Below, piece after piece: positions 36,674-47,703 of a DNA stretch of 64,000 nt. The notes beneath the pieces are model-generated. The model did not search any database and had not been told where the DNA came from. It saw only the letters and a program-made list of their open reading frames with translations. The stretch is from Paraphysomonas bandaiensis (lineage: Eukaryota > Protista > Chrysophyceae), in contig CBFFRP010000400.1 in assembly GCA_965644295.1 (NCBI GenBank), positions 62,001 through 126,000 on the forward strand, read 5' to 3'. Every line of letters begins with the position of its first letter. Position 1 is the stretch's first letter. The translations under genes were made by a program, and so were the position numbers.

Positions 36674-37619
36674 ATGGCATCTTATTTACAACAATTATTA
36701 GAAACATTAGATGAAATACCAGAATTTATTACAAATTCATTTGCAAAATTAAGAAAAATGGATGAAGAAACTCATAATTATTCGAAACAAATTGATACAG
36801 ATGGTAAACAACTTTTACTTGATATTAAAATGTATACGAAGGTAGAATATAATGATTTTATTTTTATTTTTTAATGTAATTATAATAAAAGGAAACTGAA
36901 AAAGAATGTAATATTGAAACAATTGAAGAAAGAATGAAAGATATTGCTGCAAGACGTGAGATACTGCATAATATGGTACAAAAGCAGCAACGACTTTCAC
37001 AAGAAATATATGATGCATTAGATAAATGTGTCAATAATTTTGGTATGTCTTTATGCTATCACACTTATTTATCGAATGACTACACGATGAATGTGCAGAT
37101 AAAGACAATGGAAAGTTGAAGTCGATGGTTGCACATTCGAGACCTAAAGAGGTAATTAATATTCACATTTTGTGACATTTTTTGACATTATTCAAAGTCT
37201 CTCGACAATACAAAACGACAGAAGACCGAACGAAAGGATAGTACCCCGGCATCTAGTCTGGAATTTTTAGTAGATCCGAGCGCGATAGAGGAGGAGAATC
37301 CGCTAGAACCGAAGTATTGCACATGCAGGTGGGGATGCCAGCTCTAAGTTTTTGGATGTTTTGTTCTATTTGGCACCTCTGTCACCATTGCTATATATAA
37401 CAAGCTAAGTGGTTGTGCGTTAACCAGGCGTGTATCATCGGGTATGATGGTTGAGTGTGAAAATGAGGACTGTCCCATCGAATGGTTTCACTTTGAATGT
37501 GTTGGTCTCACAAAAGAGGTGGCTTCTATTTTTCTAAGTTTATTGTGTCCTTATTATATTCACAGACGCAGCCGGAGGTATGGTACTGTAAGGCATGTGC
37601 TGCAAACATGAAAAATTGA
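36674..37619 (+). CDS. ING-family (inhibitor of growth) PHD-finger protein, multi-exon
   Basis: MASYLQQLLETLDEIPEFITNSFAKLRKMDE; PHD EPKYCTCR|RVSSGMMVECENEDCPIEWFHFECVGLTKE|TQPEVWYCKAC. Confidence 0.93.
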
Positions 37620-37839
37620 GCTTCGCATATTGTATCTAAATAGTGGTATATTTGTGTCGTAGTGTAGAGATTATATTAGACGTTATTATTGAATAGTGGC
37701 TACTTTTAATAAATCTCGCCTTGCGTGTGAATGGCACTAGTATGGTTTTGCGTGACGAATCTTATAAGTAGTTCACGCGTATGCTGCCTTAGTGAAACTA
37801 CTACTGAAATGTGCTTCCTGCATCTTCTCATGACATCTT

Positions 37840-38230
37840 CCCCATTCCGAGAGTGTGGCCATAGTGTAGGCTGGCTGGTACACAACATATAACACCGAGA
37901 TTTTGTGCTGATTATACCAAGCACCCGTGTACCAAGTCTAGTAAGACCATGTTTACCCTCCCATTAGTACGTAACAAAATTACGCGGAGCTTCTCGTGGC
38001 CATGCATGACTCCGTATAGGCCTAGCACAGCATTGGTTGGGCCCCCTTCTCCCCTAGAATGTGCGGCGTTTCTCGTAATCTCATATCGGCTACGCAAGTA
38101 TAGTGTAGACTAGCTAGAGCTTGCTTGGCGTCGACACACAAAGAATACGCTGAGATTTCATTGTAACAATATATACGTTACTTAGCTTAATCAACACTAG
38201 CACTTTACTAGGGCACGCTCTCAGAATGAG
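37840..38230. mobile_element. About 390-bp non-autonomous TIR element X
   Basis: Left end ccccattccgagagtgtggccatagt is the near reverse complement of actagggcacgctctc(a/g)gaatg(a/g)g at 38207-38230 and 11507-11531; TSD not recognisable. Confidence 0.7.
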
Positions 38231-38549
38231 ACAAGAACAAATACTTTTCTGTCTCCAGTAGAGTGGTGCGCACATAGCATAACATTCAACCTCCGGAATG
38301 GAAGAGTTAGAACTCATATCCATGAAAGGAAGCGTCCCAATGATGAATATATTAGCTACGAGAGACCCATAAACGAGAACTATACGGCTATAGAGGACAT
38401 CCCAGCAAAATCGATACTGAAACAAAAGGGAGTACACCTACCCCAGTATATACATGTATATACTCAGGAATGAAGTTGTGCGTAGACTATACACAACCCA
38501 GACACTAAGATGGGGGAACTGAGTAGTAATGCCTATCAGAGAAATCTTG

Positions 38550-38690
38550 GCAAAGAGCCAGAGAGATGTCAAGTGTGTGATCAATTAACTGATCCGCAAA
38601 GACTGACGGTAGGAGGACTATGTTACCATTGTTCTTTCAAATGATGTATTGATTGTGATGATCGAGTTCATGCAGTAGAACTCCAAGGAG
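38550..38690 (+). pseudogene. Relic of a Cys/His zinc-binding domain (B-box/CxC-like, possibly transposase-associated)
   Basis: KEPERCQVCDQLTDPQRLTVGGLCYHCSFK*CIDCDDRVHAVEL with an in-frame stop. Confidence 0.35.
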
Positions 38691-39032
38691 GACTATATTC
38701 AATGCAGAATCAAAAGAGGTATGTCAGGACCACCTAAGGGATGGTTCAAGGATCAATTATGAGGTTGAGGCATAGAAAGTTTATCCTATTGCTAATAAGA
38801 AGACATTTATATGATACAATACTTCAGTTTTACATTTATAGCTGCTGTATAGTGTCTCTGACTACGTATTACTGTTTTTCACGTTACTACAATTCTATCT
38901 TAGAGAAGTATACATATTCCCACAAGGGGTGCAGTCAGTGGATTCGACCAGTATGCACTACCACGTTATACTACCAGTGCCTGTGTACCATTACAGATTC
39001 GAAGAATTCCCCTCCTCCCGCTGTATGTCTAA

Positions 39033-39127
39033 AATTGGGTAGGTTGCATTATTTATTACTTTGCCTAGGTTTTTACACCAAAATTTGTGTGACACTACAA
39101 TTCTACCAAATTGACTAGGTTGAATAA
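39033..39127. repeat. Dispersed repeat Y, second copy
   Basis: Matches 12751-12845. Confidence 0.75.
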
Positions 39128-39435
39128 CCTTTCCCCTAGAGTGATGGATGATATGACCCTACGTCAGCCCAAATGAATTAAGTTGGTAGTGATTACTAAT
39201 AATCTTAATTTTTACGATATAAATCAACATTTACTTATCTAATTCACTTTACTTCGCTGAATTAGCAGTAGTTATATAATTACATACTCTATAGCTTAAG
39301 AAATAAAGAAGCAAAAATGTGGTGAGAAATATAGGAAATGAGAATGTTTAAACTGAAGAGTCTTCTGAATATGATCGTTGTGTAACGACTATGAGATAAC
39401 TCACATTGAGGATGGAAAGTACTGCGTTTTCCAGC

Positions 39436-40860
39436 TCAGTGCGTTATCTCCTTGCTTGATATTGACACCATCTTAATAGATTCACTCAAATCACTTGCAA
39501 CCACATGGTCAGCATGTTCCCCAGGAGTTGAAGCCACTGCTCGAAAAAAGTATTCATTGCGACAGTGGAGAAACAGCTCCCACATCACTGAGCCGTCCGG
39601 AGGGCAACCTGTGTGGACTTCAGGGGAGCCTTTAACTCTTAAATTGCTGTCGATATCAAGGAGAATTCCAGCTTTCACATTAGCTGTTCTTACCGCACAC
39701 TCAAGAGGAGTCTCACCAAGTCTTCGCGAGCCCCCTGGAATCGCAATTTCAATTAAATCATCATATTTGACAACAGTCAGGAGCATGTGGCTGGGGAAAT
39801 CTTTACGCAATCGTCGCATCTTTTTCAATGCGGACTTCAAGTGGTGATTCGTTTTGATTTTACGATCACCTGTATCCCGCTCTTGTAAGCATGTCTTCAC
39901 TTCGTTAACCTCTGTGACATCGGTACAGTCCAACAGGCCCTGAGTTTCCGCGCAAATGAGGTCCGTTGGAGGGGTATCTACGGACATATCCCTTATAATA
40001 GTGTTCAGTATTTCTTTATCTCCCAAGAAAACTGCACATGAGGTATCCATATCATGATAATCTGTTATGCCTTTCGAATTTCGTACTTCCACTCTGCCAT
40101 CTCTATACAAGCGAGATGAAGAAAGTACCTGGATTAGACGTTCCTCCTTTCGTAAAAATTGGGCCTTTTTCTGAACGCCAACGCCTTGTCGTCGTTGGTC
40201 TCGTCGCGAATTTTTATATAAATTACTCTTTAGAATACGGTCAATGGCCGATTGCAAATGACTCTTATTCTCTGCTCCAGCTAAAGCAGGATTACACACT
40301 GGTACTTCTATATACTTATTGTATGTAGGCGGTGTAAATTTCATAGATCCATGATATTTTTTCTTAGTATCGCCGATAAAAATATACGACTTCGCTGTTC
40401 CTGATTTGTTCAGCTTGACATGAATCGCGGTGTGTATCTTATTATCGGGAGATGGACTCTCAAGCCAGCGCGCAAAGCAGTCATAGTCAGGTAAGGTAGA
40501 TGTGAGGTCAATTTCCTGCATTCTGGGTTGTGATAATGATTGATCACTCACTGGACAGTTATGATGGTTATGTTTACAGAAGCAGATGGGACATGGGCCT
40601 TCACTGGAAGAACCCTCTGATTGCGATCTGTTTGGCCGTGAACCCGCTGGTTGCGATTTGTTTGGCCGTGAACCCGCTGGTTGCGATTTGTTTGGCCGTG
40701 AACCCGCTGGTTGCGATCTGTTTGGCCGTGAACCCGCTGGTTGCGATCTGTTTGGCCGTGAACCCGCTGGTTGCGATCTGTTTGGCCGTGAACCCGCTGA
40801 TTGCGATCTGTTTCCGTTTAGTGTACGTGGAGGTGTTTGTAAACCCGTTGATGACGGCAT
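39436..40860 (-). CDS. Intronless protein: 10-aa repeats, CCHC knuckle, degenerate Nudix domain
   Basis: First ATG at 40860 (MPSSTG); (NRSQPAGSRP) about 6.5 times; CPICFCKHNHHNC = CX2CX3HX4C; IPGGSRRLGETPLECAVRTANVKAGI versus the Nudix box GX5EX7REUXEEXGU. Confidence 0.75.
   Translation of the reverse strand: MPSSTGLQTPPRTLNGNRSQSAGSRPNRSQPAGSRPNRSQPAGSRPNRSQPAGSRPNKSQPAGSRPNKSQPAGSRPNRSQSEGSSSEGPCPICFCKHNHHNCPVSDQSLSQPRMQEIDLTSTLPDYDCFARWLESPSPDNKIHTAIHVKLNKSGTAKSYIFIGDTKKKYHGSMKFTPPTYNKYIEVPVCNPALAGAENKSHLQSAIDRILKSNLYKNSRRDQRRQGVGVQKKAQFLRKEERLIQVLSSSRLYRDGRVEVRNSKGITDYHDMDTSCAVFLGDKEILNTIIRDMSVDTPPTDLICAETQGLLDCTDVTEVNEVKTCLQERDTGDRKIKTNHHLKSALKKMRRLRKDFPSHMLLTVVKYDDLIEIAIPGGSRRLGETPLECAVRTANVKAGILLDIDSNLRVKGSPEVHTGCPPDGSVMWELFLHCRNEYFFRAVASTPGEHADHVVASDLSESIKMVSISSKEITH
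40617..40813. repeat. 30-bp coding minisatellite, about 6.5 copies
   Basis: ctggttgcgat(c/t)tgtttggccgtgaacccg reiterated. Confidence 0.97.
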
Positions 40861-41550
40861 GTTTTCTTTTCGCAAATGTAGAGGAGTAGATAGATCAGTC
40901 CTTATTAATATATGAGGAATTGTCTACTTAAGTGAATTGTGAGAGATTTGAGAACTTGTATGTGTATGTATGTATGTACAGTGTGTATGTATGTCTGGAT
41001 AAACGCCCCAATTCAGCCCACAGACAGGAAAATTCCTCACGAATGGTGTGAGAGACTGAGGCAAGTGTATTTATGTTTGGATATCCAGACCACAGACAAG
41101 AAAATTCCTCACAGAGAGTGAACTACAGGAAATACAGAAACTACACACAGGTATTTGTACGTCGTAGTAATGTGGTGTACCTATGTACTGGTTCCTGAGG
41201 TACGATGAAAGATAGTTAAGTACGTGTGCACCTAGGTACGGGTTCAGAGCAGGCAGTATGTATATATATTTATGTATGTGGATAGCGAATAGTATCTGTG
41301 TATTGCTACACAATATGTTTTTATTGGTTTAAATTTCTTCTTATATATAGTACATATATTCTCATATGAGATGACTTCCTCATACATGTATATACGTGTA
41401 TATGGTATACCTACAGCAGTATCATATACATATAGCTAGCTGTGTATGTTACTATATAAACCTACCTAACATCCATCTCAATACATAGACATACACACAT
41501 ACATACATACCCAAATTAAATGAATTAAATCAATAAGAATAAAGATTCAT

Positions 41551-43155
41551 ATGTCAGTGTTTTTATCAAAGAATGATAAGACACTTATTGATCCAGAGGG
41601 GTTCTATAGTACACTACATATCCCCCCTACATGTAGCATGCAAGACATACATACAGCCTATGAAAGAGAATACACAAAATGGCATCCAGTAAGTAGAAAG
41701 TTACTATATAACTATATGTAGTATAATGTATTCTATTAGAATGTAACGACAGGTAATGAAGAACATTTTAAGAAAATTATTCAAGCCTATGATATATTAT
41801 CTGATCCACATACAAGAACTGCATATGATTCATATGGAAAGAGTTTAGTTGCTGAAGCAGCTGAAGCAAATGAAGAAGAATGGGAAAATACACGTACTTA
41901 TGTAGAAGATCAATTACGAGGATGGTATCGTAATAATCCCCTTATTACACGTAGTAATAAATCGGCTTATGCAACATATAAAGATGGTCTTGAAACCACT
42001 TGGGGGGTTGCTGTATCCGCTGCTCAGCTTCGTACATGTCCATCAAATGCAATACGTGTAATTGCAGTCAGACATGGAATGGGTATGCATAATGAGTCAT
42101 TAGGAGTAACATCAGTTGCTAACCGAGATGCTCAACTTGTACCTGAGGTGGGAACCCTCCAAGCCAAAGAAACTGGACAACGCCTAGCAGATTTGGGGGT
42201 CTTCATGCCTCCAATAAGTGATTCCCTACTTGTAGTTATTTCTCCATTTCGACGAACTCTCCAGACAGCCCTCGATCTAATAGGTGAAGATATGTGGACC
42301 TATCCTACTGTGGTGACACCCCTTGCCGCTGAACATTCGTATGAGATCTCGGCCTTGCAACAAGGAGATAGGGGGTCGAAGACACGCCAACTTCGTGCAT
42401 GGTTTCCACCAGAGAAACACCCCCAGTTTCACTATTTCACTGAGGTCGACCAGTACTGTGAAGATAAGCAAATAGAGGATGGGAAATGGTGGGCACATGG
42501 ACCGGGATGGGCTGAAACACCAAGTAGCTTTCGGGCTCGGGCAGAGGAATTTCGTGAGTTTCTATTTAAACGAGCTAGTGATGTTGGAGCCCGAACTGTG
42601 TTAGTGGTAAGTCATGGAGGGCTTCTACATGAGGCTTTCAACAAGGTCAAATACGACAACTGTGAATTTCGATGTTTTGACCTTTTTTCTGATTCTTCGT
42701 TTCGACTTGTCGGGTGCGCACATGGAGAGAGTGAAACTACTGGAGAGGGCGGATGCACTGAATGTATGGGGGTAAACCCAATGGATGACGCGGCCGTGCA
42801 GTGTGCCCTCGTTATCAGACGTGTGGTGCAGCTCTCGAGGGATAAGAAGGGTTACCACTACCATATCAAGGGCAGTCTCAATGGGAGAGAACTTGACTGC
42901 AAATTTAGATTAAGTGAGATGAGGGAGCGTCTTAAGGACCGCATTAAAGCTCAAGTGTCGAGGGCGACATATAACAAGCTTGGTGATTTTCCTTCGAAGC
43001 AGTGCTCCCATCTGTTGGTGATGACTTACCTTGTACCCTGGTTGCAGGAAGTGAGTAAGCACACAGCTATATACAGTGGTGGCAACAGAGAAAGTGCTAT
43101 TATTAAACGTATTGCAACTGAATTTTTTAGCGAAGGGTGTAAACGTGATACGTAG
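41551..43155 (+). CDS. Fusion of J-like domain + histidine phosphatase (PGM-like) + PX-like C-terminal domain (intron 41689-41739)
   Basis: FYSTLHIPPTCSMQDIHTAYEREYTKWHP|NVTTGNEEHFKKIIQAYDILSDPHTRTAYDSYG; VRHGMGMHN, SPFRRTLQTA, VVSHGG; tail YHYHIKG...FRLSEMRERLK...LGDFPSK...LVPWLQEV. Confidence 0.85.
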
Positions 43156-43924
43156 AGTAATGAATGATGCGTGTGTACTATATGATTGTATATATTGGAG
43201 TGTAGAGCCTTTTGGGAAACCGTTAATTGTTTTGGTCATTGATAGCCATAAATTAATGACTCATGTCCTGGCGCTGCACGATGGGGATATGTAGCAGTGG
43301 CACGTTTGCTGAATATGGCACGTCACTGTAATGTATATAGCAAAATGGGAGGTTTACATGAAAGTGGGAGATGAGACTATCTGACAGCCCTGGTCGCAAG
43401 AAGTGTTTATGGTACGTCCTTTATATGCTTGCAATAACTGCGACTGTGGAGTTAGGTGTAGCATATTTTTTGTATTGTAATAAAAATATTTGAAGTACCT
43501 ATTGGCGTGGTTTCGTATTGAATATATGATACATTTGATTTGACACGATTCGGATATGAAGATTTCAACTATAGTCGATATATACTTAATTGTTAGTAGT
43601 GAATGTTTTGTTATTATCGCTTTTCAGATTTAAGAGTCAGAACTAATTTCGCATTGCAACTTTACTAACTAGTACTTAACTCGTCAGCTAGTTAGTAAAC
43701 GCTACTGATATCTTACTAGTCAACGCTATGAAAGCTGCTTGTGCGTCACCGCAAGCACCAAGGAGCAACCTCTTTCACTCTCACTCAAAGAAAACGCAGT
43801 GAGCAAGCAGCAAGCAGAATGTTGATATACCTAACATCTGCTGACTTAAGCATATTTTAGTCCTTGACTTCAGCAGGCAGCCCAAGATGCCCTTGAGGTG
43901 GCTCCAGTCCTGCAGGCTTGCGTA

Positions 43925-44582
43925 ACCATTAATGGTAATGGCCTTCCCCCATAAAATGGAAAAAAAGCAATTCATTAATGGCCATAAAAATGGGGGAGAG
44001 ATGTAGTGCCCATTAATGGCCATTAATGGCCATATCCATTAGTTAGTATCCAGTTGTCAGCATCATGTAAGAATACGTGACAAGCCACGACCTTCCGGTG
44101 CATTATTAGTTATTAATATATTATATACGTATTTAAGTCATTTAAGACATTTAGAAGAGGCTGGGAACAGGGGGGAAAGATAAAAGACAAAGGGGGGGAC
44201 CATATCTAGCTATATGGAGAGGACAGTGACAAGGAAAGCCATCAATATTCACAAATGGTTAGAGTGGGTAATTATGGGTGACCAGCCTTTTTCCTTTGTG
44301 GAGAATTCTTTCACTCGAAAGAACACTAATTTGGAGTCGATTTCACGTATAACTCTGATGAAGTATCTTAAAAAACTTGGGTTATCTGTGGAGAATGCAA
44401 TAAAACACATCATCCCCAATTCTTTCGGTCTTATTTTCGATGGTTGGACTTGCGGAACCGAGCACTACATAGCAATTTTTGCAACATGGTCAGATGGTAA
44501 AGGCAATGTAACAACTGTATTGTTGTGCGGTGGTCCACAGGATGAGGTGGACGATGACGATAATGATGAAGATATTGACTTT
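43925..44582 (+). mobile_element. Truncated hAT-like element: ATTAATGG subterminal array plus N-terminal/central transposase fragment
   Basis: About five attaatgg/ccatta motifs at 43925-44045; ORF 44214 WLEWVIMGDQPFSFVEN...FGLIFDGWTCGTEHYIAIFA contains the hAT DxWT first catalytic Asp; homology breaks near 44582. Confidence 0.8.
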
Positions 44583-44676
44583 CAGTCCTGGATGCCTGTT
44601 TTTTGTCAGGGCGCAAAGACGTCTACAGAAGTGGCAATTATATATTAGTTTCCTTTTTGTCCCTTGTTATTGTATT

Positions 44677-44938
44677 ACACCAGCATTGGGCTGTGAGTGG
44701 GCAGAACTATAACTGCTGACTATATATGCGGCTCACGTTAGTTTCCCAGAGAAATATCTCCGGTACTTATTCCCCAGAATCCAGAAAAAAGTGCGAGTCC
44801 GACTTTATTGAGGGCTTTGTACCACACTAGCATTTGGCTATGAGTGGACAGGATGTTATCTGCTATCTATGTTTGCGGCTCACGACGTTCGTTTCCCGAA
44901 CAAATGTCTCCGGTACTTATCCCTCAGAACTCAGAACA
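44677..44938. repeat. Two diverged direct repeats, about 145-bp period
   Basis: agcatt.ggct.tgagtgg...tgcggctcacg...gtttccc...tctccggtacttat.cc.cagaa at about 44680 and about 44828. Confidence 0.85.
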
Positions 44939-45411
44939 CTGTTGAAGGTATTTAATTGTTAATTGCACCATTTACAATGCACTAAGAGTGTGCTTCATGT
45001 GGTTTTCTTTGGAATATTTTGATATGAGTTGTATTTTACAACAATGTAGATAGAAAATAGAAAGATAGAAAAAATATATCAGAATATTCCCCTTTATTTA
45101 CAACAATAAGAAAAAGCGAAGTGCTTCTTTCTAAAACGCAGAACGAGCTTATAGTAGAGAGCTGAAATTGGGCAATGGGGTAGTAGTGGTGTTATGTTAC
45201 GTGTATGGAGCTTAAAATTTATCAGTGAGAGCTTAAGTTTCAGTGAGATGTCCCACTCCCTAATAACCATCGGCTGAAGTGATTATTTAATCAGAAGAAA
45301 TCAAAACCTGTGGAATCGTTTTAACTCATAAAATCAGCATGTGTGTTGCTGCAATGGAAACATGATGTACTACATCTATATGCACCAACAATTAGCTATG
45401 AAATCAGAATT

Positions 45412-46945
45412 TTACTTCGATTCTGCTACTCCGCGATTCTGTAATCACATATTAGATAAGTCACCCACTCATGATGAGGATTAACCTTATTATATTTCTT
45501 GTAGTCACCCATGTATGGAGCAAAGTATGAAAACACTCCCGTCAGGAAATCATAAGGGATCAAGGCAACAACTAATAAATAAAGGTATCACCACGGAAAA
45601 TAGGTAAAGATGAAGTGCACAACATACCCAAGCGAACGCCAGTAGCCATCTCTCCCAGATCTCCTAGGTGGCAGCGTCCAACACATGATAGCATCTTCCC
45701 AGGAACCTGTTTACGTTAATCACATTTTAAAACACTGAAATATTATCAAAAGAATCTTACCGAGCTTGGAGATACTGCACTCTTCTGAGCCATCTCCAAA
45801 CTATCCAGCTGATGCACTTTGTCGAAAAAGTTGGATGCTACAGGAGAAGGGTGGACGGCTAGGACGTCGATTCCCATTGAGCGAACCTATAAGACAGGAA
45901 TTAAATATACCACATCCACTGTTGAAGTGCTAAAATACTCACCTCAACAGCCAATGATGCCGCAAACTGAGTAACAAAGCTCTTGGTCGCTCCATACCTT
46001 CACGAAAAAAGTTACAACATCATTACTGGGCAGTGGATTATGTTCTCACATTACAGCAAAAGGGTTGGGGATATAGCCCGACACTGAGGAGGTAAAAATA
46101 AAGCATCCCTGAGGAAACATACAATAATGAATATGCGTGCACCGCAATATAATAGACAAATAATCACCTTGATATTCTTCGAAAGCATTTGCTGAAGAAA
46201 GTGATGGGTCACCTTGACGCAAGCTGTCGCATTGCATTCCTACAAATTATTTATTGAGAAATTTACAGCACCAAATAGAACAATACCATATTAGCAAGCT
46301 GAGAGTCCAAAGAAGTTTGGTCAAAAAAGCCGGTTACAATGTAGCCAGCGTTGTTGAACACAATAGCCACATCGATATCTTTAGTTGCCTTGGAATTAAG
46401 CAATAAGCTCAACATATAATATATAATATTAATTCACTCACTTCAATAATGCCGGGCATGTAATCCGTTTTGTGGTCAAACTTTGCAGGGACGCTGGGAT
46501 AAACAAATCATCACAGAAAAAAACACAGCCGGTCAACTACCTTCTGAATTCTTGGTTAGGGAACTGAGACTTCAGTATCTTAGTTGTTTCTTCCAAATGC
46601 TACACAATAAAATAAGAACTACTTTATATTTATTCATGTGAGCTCAAACCTTATCAGGAAGGGAAACAAGAACAACATTTAATCCCTGCATTGCGAGTGT
46701 TTCCGCAATACTCTTTCCAATACCTGTACCAGCCCCTGTAACTAATGCCCATTTGGCATTATATTTTTTTTTCATATCAACAGGTCCTAATTTCTGCATA
46801 TATAAATTGGATCCTAATATATATAAGATGTATGTAGATTAGATCTATATAGGAGTGTCTTACCGACATATATGAGTAGCCAGAGGATAGTGGGTAATGC
46901 AAACACTACCAGGAGAATATCTTTTAATGACTCACAACAAAACAT
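45412..46945 (-). CDS. Membrane-anchored short-chain dehydrogenase/reductase (3-ketoacyl-CoA reductase/17-beta-HSD12-like), about 12 exons
   Basis: N-terminal TM; KKYNAKWALVTGAGTGIGK, NNAGY, FTSSVSGYIPNPFAVM|YGATK (YxxxK); ends NRGVAESK*. Confidence 0.9.
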
Positions 46946-47703
46946 TGATGAGATGAAGATTATAAATAAAGGAATGAAGAGTTGTATTGAGTATATATAT
47001 GATGTGATTGGTGTCTATATATATATATGCAATCCATAGTATGGTATATCTATACACACATACATACACACATATATAGAGAGCAGTACATGGAGTGACA
47101 GGCTAGTTGTGTGGTGCAGGAACATACTGCATATTTTAGTACACAAGGGTAGTTGAAATTTCATGGATTTTATGAAAAATTAGGAGAATATAGTCGAAGG
47201 ATTTAATATCCTGATTTAATATAAAATTATGAGTACTTTGTTATTATAGTGTTAGAAATCATGGTTTTTACGTCAGAATTCGAAAATTGGCATCTCTGTA
47301 TCATCTTGTATCTGTTGTTGTATCATATATGCACAGCGTATGGGCATCTTATTTTTCGGAAATAAATTGAAGCAAAATTCCTCTATATTACTAATATACA
47401 ACTAAGGCTAGAATACAGATAATTATTGTCTCAATAATAGAAGCATCTTTGAACAAAAATATACGAAGCGATACTATTGTGAGACACCAACTTCTGTATT
47501 GCTGCTGTATGTATATACACACATATCTCTACCTAGATCTCCATAGTACTTATAAGGTCCATATATATATACATCAACTCATAAGTTACTCATATAGCTA
47601 ACCCTTAACTATAATACTTATGTAGAGATATCTCACTAATGAATATTCTCTATATAACAATTCATTATTATTATCCATCATTATAAAGAGTGTATATATA
47701 AAC

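Noticed and set aside
44677-44938. Tandem repeats as hammerhead ribozymes
   Set aside because: No CUGANGA/GAAA core found on either strand.
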